This document shows, piece by piece, positions 44,012-47,141 of a stretch of DNA of 47,141 nt. The stretch covers positions 1 to 47,141 of the forward strand of contig JAITNX010000100.1 of assembly GCA_031290235.1 (NCBI GenBank). The letters are read 5' to 3'. Source of the stretch: Synergistaceae bacterium (GTDB lineage: Bacteria > Synergistota > Synergistia > Synergistales > Synergistaceae). The notes beneath the pieces were generated by a model. That model saw only the letters and a list, made by a program, of their open reading frames with translations, was not told the origin of the DNA and searched no databases. The position numbers were made by a program, and so were the translations under genes. The number at the start of each line of letters is the position of its first letter. Within the stretch, counting starts at the first letter, position 1.

Positions 44012-44632
44012 ATGGCAGATATCCTAAAATCTTCGGGCTCATCTGGAGCAGCATTGACCAGAAAAGGGGCTCAGAAGTCAAGTGAAAAGAGGCTTAAGCA
44101 GGTTCTGCTCGTAGTAGTCCTTTTTGCGTGCTGCGCAGTCAGCGTCTATTTTTTAAGGAGTACGATGATGACGCAGTCAGCGCCTGGTCAAGACTTGAGC
44201 GCGGAGGCGGCGCTTCAGGCGCTGCAAGCCGAGATTGACAATGAAATAGTGGATATAGGTGAAACAGAGAGTGATGTGACGGGTATCAGCAGGGCTTCTA
44301 CAATGGTGATGCAGACCGCGCTTCTGGCGGAGGTGTCGGGGAGATATCCGGTGGCCCCCGCGTCTGTCCTGGCTCCGCCTCCCCCGCCGACTTCGATCAG
44401 CCTTCCATCGGTTGAGGTCATAGAGCCGGATCCGCCGGAGGTCACAGTCATAGCGATCATGATAACGGACAGCGACAAGGTTGCTATGGTGGATGTACTG
44501 GGCGAAGTAGGCGGTCTCATAGTTAGGCAGGGCAGTTCTTTTGCAGGAGGCACGGCAAAAGTTACAAAAATTGACGCGAAGGGTGTGACATTTATATGGA
44601 TGAAAAAAAGTTATACGATAACAGTGCAGTGA
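44012..44632 (+). CDS. pilP: PilP-like pilus assembly protein
   Basis: TM anchor, a Pro-rich linker and a C-terminal beta domain (VAMVDVLGEVGGLIVRQGSSFAGGTAKVTKIDAKGVTF). It lies immediately upstream of the secretin. Confidence 0.5.
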   Translation: MADILKSSGSSGAALTRKGAQKSSEKRLKQVLLVVVLFACCAVSVYFLRSTMMTQSAPGQDLSAEAALQALQAEIDNEIVDIGETESDVTGISRASTMVMQTALLAEVSGRYPVAPASVLAPPPPPTSISLPSVEVIEPDPPEVTVIAIMITDSDKVAMVDVLGEVGGLIVRQGSSFAGGTAKVTKIDAKGVTFIWMKKSYTITVQ

Positions 44633-46560
44633 TGGAAGGCTGGCGGAGGAAAACGGCTGTCTTGCCGAGGCGTCTTCTGCCGCTGTTCATCCTGTGTCTC
44701 GCGCTTTTCGTATGCGCTTCGGCAGCTCTTGCCGGCGACAGCGACCCGTTCCGCGTGACGAGTCCGCGGACTCTTGAACCCAAGTACCAGAGGAAAGGCG
44801 ACATAGAGCCGTACTTGACCATGGACACTCCCATCGGCCCTGTCCTCGCCGGCATTCAAGTCCATCAGATGGGCGGAGACGGGATACTTCTCAAGGTGAG
44901 GGGTTTTAATATTCCAATTCCACGCGCCGTCACCTCGCCGGGCGAGAACAAGCTGGTGCTTCAGTGGGACGAAGCGAGGTTCCCCCAGAACACTGACAAG
45001 CGCGATTGGTGGGACGACTACGACTGGGATATACTGAAATTCCCGGTGAACAAGAGCAAGTCGGACTGGTGGAAACAGTATGACTATCCCCTGCTCAACA
45101 GGATAGACGTGGCCGCCTTCGACCAGAAGAGCATGAGGATGACCTTCACGTCCACGCAGCCGCTGGTACTTGAGAGGATAGATGGCATAGCGGGCGCGGA
45201 CAACATTAGCGTGCTGCTGAAGGCCTATTCCGAGCCTAAAGCCCCGAAGCCGGAGAAGGTTGTGACCTACCAGAAGGGCGACCCAATGGCCATTACCGCG
45301 CCGGTCACGCTTCAATTGAGGGACGCGGAGGTAAAGTCCGTTTTCAGGATGCTGACGGATATGCAGAAGCTGAACCTCGTTATAGATCAGTCGGTGCCGG
45401 ATACGGTCGTCACTTTTTCCTTCACCAATGTGCCGTATAAAGATGTCTTTGGCTACCTCCTCAGGGTGACTGATTTGAGCTATGCGGTTTTGAACGGAAC
45501 ACTGGTGGTTGGCACGAGGGAGAGCCTTGCGCATACTCTCGGCACGGAAATCCTGCGGGAGTACAAGCTCTCGTATGCGCTGACGCCGGCAAACGGAGAG
45601 GTCAGGGGAGATCTGGTTTCCGCGCTGACGGCACTGGTGCCGCTTTCCAAAGCTCCGACACTGGACCAGCGCAACCGTACGCTGTACGTGACGGCTTCCC
45701 CCGAACAGCATGAAGAGGTGGCGGAGATGCTGGAGCGTCTGGACCAGCCTGGCAGACAGGTCATGATCCAGGCAAAGATTGTCGAGGTCAACTCTAACGC
45801 GGCTCAAGATCTGGAGTCCCTGATCTCGGGCGTATACGACCAGTGGCTGATGAATACGGCCGGAGGACGCCTCAACTTGGGGTATAACTATGCCACCCAA
45901 GCCTTTGAAGGGGCTGATCTCGGCATCCCGATCGCCGGCACGCCGCAGGGAAGCACCACGGTGTGGGATAATGTCGTGATGGATGGCGGCAATAAGCTGC
46001 TGTCGGCGGGTCTCACGGCTCTCGAAAGCAGCGGCAAGGGCAAAGTCCTTGCCCACCCGTCGGTAGTGACGCTCGATGGCCATGAGGCGACTGTAGCGCT
46101 GACTCAGAACGCGTTGTACGCGTCCGGCGTCGACTCGAATGGAAACACGACGTTCTCCAGTGTCGAGAGCGGTCCAAGGATAAACTTTACGCCAGTGATA
46201 GGCAGGAACGGTATCATCACCATCGACATATCGATACAGACAGGCGATATAGTCGCTTACAGATCGACAGGGAATGGCGCGCAGACGCCAGAGACAACCA
46301 CCAGGTCGGTACAGACTATGGTCAGAGTGCGCAACGGAGAGCCCTTCGCCGTAGGCGGCCTCTATCAGGAGACCAAGACAAATACCCGTGAAAGAATACC
46401 GGTCTTGGGTTATATACCTTTCCTTGGCGATCTCTTCACCACCAAGACCGACAAGCATGTAAAGTCCGAGGTCGCTATGATTGTGGTGCCCTACATCTTG
46501 GATGTCCCGGACGAGGAGATATCGACCCGCGATCTGATGAGGTCGTCGCTGAACCAGTAG
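44596..46560 (+). CDS. pilQ: Type IV pilus secretin PilQ
   Basis: Signal peptide LFILCLALFVCASAALA and AMIN-like N-terminal repeats. Secretin blocks VMIQAKIVEVN, GKGKVLAHPSVVTLDGHEA and RIPVLGYIPFLGDLF. An alternative coupled start is ATG 44632. Confidence 0.88.
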   Translation: MDEKKLYDNSAVMEGWRRKTAVLPRRLLPLFILCLALFVCASAALAGDSDPFRVTSPRTLEPKYQRKGDIEPYLTMDTPIGPVLAGIQVHQMGGDGILLKVRGFNIPIPRAVTSPGENKLVLQWDEARFPQNTDKRDWWDDYDWDILKFPVNKSKSDWWKQYDYPLLNRIDVAAFDQKSMRMTFTSTQPLVLERIDGIAGADNISVLLKAYSEPKAPKPEKVVTYQKGDPMAITAPVTLQLRDAEVKSVFRMLTDMQKLNLVIDQSVPDTVVTFSFTNVPYKDVFGYLLRVTDLSYAVLNGTLVVGTRESLAHTLGTEILREYKLSYALTPANGEVRGDLVSALTALVPLSKAPTLDQRNRTLYVTASPEQHEEVAEMLERLDQPGRQVMIQAKIVEVNSNAAQDLESLISGVYDQWLMNTAGGRLNLGYNYATQAFEGADLGIPIAGTPQGSTTVWDNVVMDGGNKLLSAGLTALESSGKGKVLAHPSVVTLDGHEATVALTQNALYASGVDSNGNTTFSSVESGPRINFTPVIGRNGIITIDISIQTGDIVAYRSTGNGAQTPETTTRSVQTMVRVRNGEPFAVGGLYQETKTNTRERIPVLGYIPFLGDLFTTKTDKHVKSEVAMIVVPYILDVPDEEISTRDLMRSSLNQ

Positions 46561-46574
46561 AGTTGGATTGACAG

Positions 46575-46617
46575 AAAAAAAAGGAGCCTCCCAATTTTTG
46601 AAGGGGCTCCTTTTTTT
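46575..46617. terminator. Bidirectional terminator between convergent pilQ and clpB
   Basis: AAAAAAAAGGAGCC - loop - GGCTCCTTTTTTT. Confidence 0.8.
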
Positions 46618-46640
46618 AGGCCTTTGATTTCAAATTTGCA

Positions 46641-47141
46641 TTATACCCTCACCACTATGTCGTTTCCCTGGTTTTCGACCGTTATTCTTCCTCCGTCTTG
46701 GACCTCTCCGCTTATGAGTTCCCTGGCCACCTCAGTTTCGATGCGCCTTTGGATGTATCTCTTTATGGGGCGGGCGCCGTAGACCGGGTCATAGGAGTTC
46801 TTGGCGATTACCGAGAGGGCGCCGGGGGTTACGTCGAGCGCAATGTTTCTTTCTCCCAGTCGGTCGCGCAGACCGTTTATTGTCAGCCTCACTATCGACT
46901 CTATCTCATCGAGCTTTAAAGGCTTGAATATGATTATATCGTCGATCCTGTTCAGGAACTCCGGCCTAAAGTGAACTTTCAACTCGTCCATGACGGATTT
47001 TCTAACGTTCTCGCTTATGGACCCTGTGTTCGTCGCCCCGCCGGCAATGGCCGGCGCGCCGATATTGCTGGTCATAATTATGACCGTGTTCTTGAAACTT
47101 ATGGTCATCCCGTGGCTGTCAGTGACCCTCCCGTCGTCCAG
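46641..47141 (-). CDS. clpB: ClpB/Clp-family AAA+ chaperone, C-terminal fragment; gene runs off the right edge
   Basis: The minus strand from 47141 reads LDDGRVTDSHGMTISFKNTVIIMTSNIG...FRPEFLNRIDDIIIFKPL...YGARPIKRYIQ, which are D2 sensor and C-terminal blocks of ClpB. Confidence 0.85.
   Translation of the reverse strand: MDDGRVTDSHGMTISFKNTVIIMTSNIGAPAIAGGATNTGSISENVRKSVMDELKVHFRPEFLNRIDDIIIFKPLKLDEIESIVRLTINGLRDRLGERNIALDVTPGALSVIAKNSYDPVYGARPIKRYIQRRIETEVARELISGEVQDGGRITVENQGNDIVVRV

Noticed and set aside
44611-46458. 615-aa ORF on the minus strand covering almost all of pilQ
   Set aside because: It is an antisense shadow ORF of a GC-rich gene. The translation is Arg/Leu/His-rich with no recognisable motif, whereas the plus strand has clear secretin blocks.
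1-47141. tRNA or rRNA genes
   Set aside because: I scanned for T-loop-like GGTTCGAATCC/GTTCGA contexts. The hits (for example near 13955 and 34940) are inside well-supported coding frames without acceptor-stem complementarity.

Overview
This is a 47.1-kb, gene-dense, fairly GC-rich bacterial chromosomal window. I saw no rRNA, tRNA, CRISPR array, transposase or integrase. Most of it is housekeeping. (1) Amino-acid fermentation genes: a class IV aminotransferase fragment, a butyrate-kinase-like gene, a class II aldolase, glutamate dehydrogenase, and a four-subunit 2-oxoacid:ferredoxin oxidoreductase on the minus strand downstream of cysS. (2) uvrC followed directly by ribD-ribE-ribBA-ribH. (3) A membrane-domain/TagA-type glycosyltransferase fusion, ybaB-recR, yacL-ispDF-rlpA-gltX and guaB. 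(4) A long Firmicute-style rimP-nusA-ylxR-ylxQ-infB-ylxP-rbfA-nrnA-truB-ribF operon with a promoter-proximal leader terminator. (5) pilMNOPQ including the secretin, then a convergent clpB fragment. The accessory part lies between ribF and pilM (about 35.3-41.8 kb). It holds an AT-rich islet with two paralogous small ORFs, a small glycine-zipper membrane protein, an SRP RNA that the ORF track masks with a spurious ORF, and a 1155-aa hybrid histidine kinase. The most interesting item is a ~1.1-kb stretch with no credible long ORF. It contains two diverged, inverted copies of what reads as a type I toxin-antitoxin-like module. Each copy has an extended -10 promoter, a hairpin that sequesters the SD, a 38-codon ORF for a hydrophobic peptide, a long structured 3' UTR, and a perfect TTGAAA-17-TATAAT promoter on the opposite strand firing back into that 3' UTR. 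One copy carries an in-frame TGG->TGA change. The pair is bracketed by a 35-bp direct repeat. Inference only: a diderm-type secretin combined with Firmicute-like operon order and amino-acid fermentation genes would fit a Synergistota-like organism. All coordinates and motifs were read by eye, and no database searches were run.
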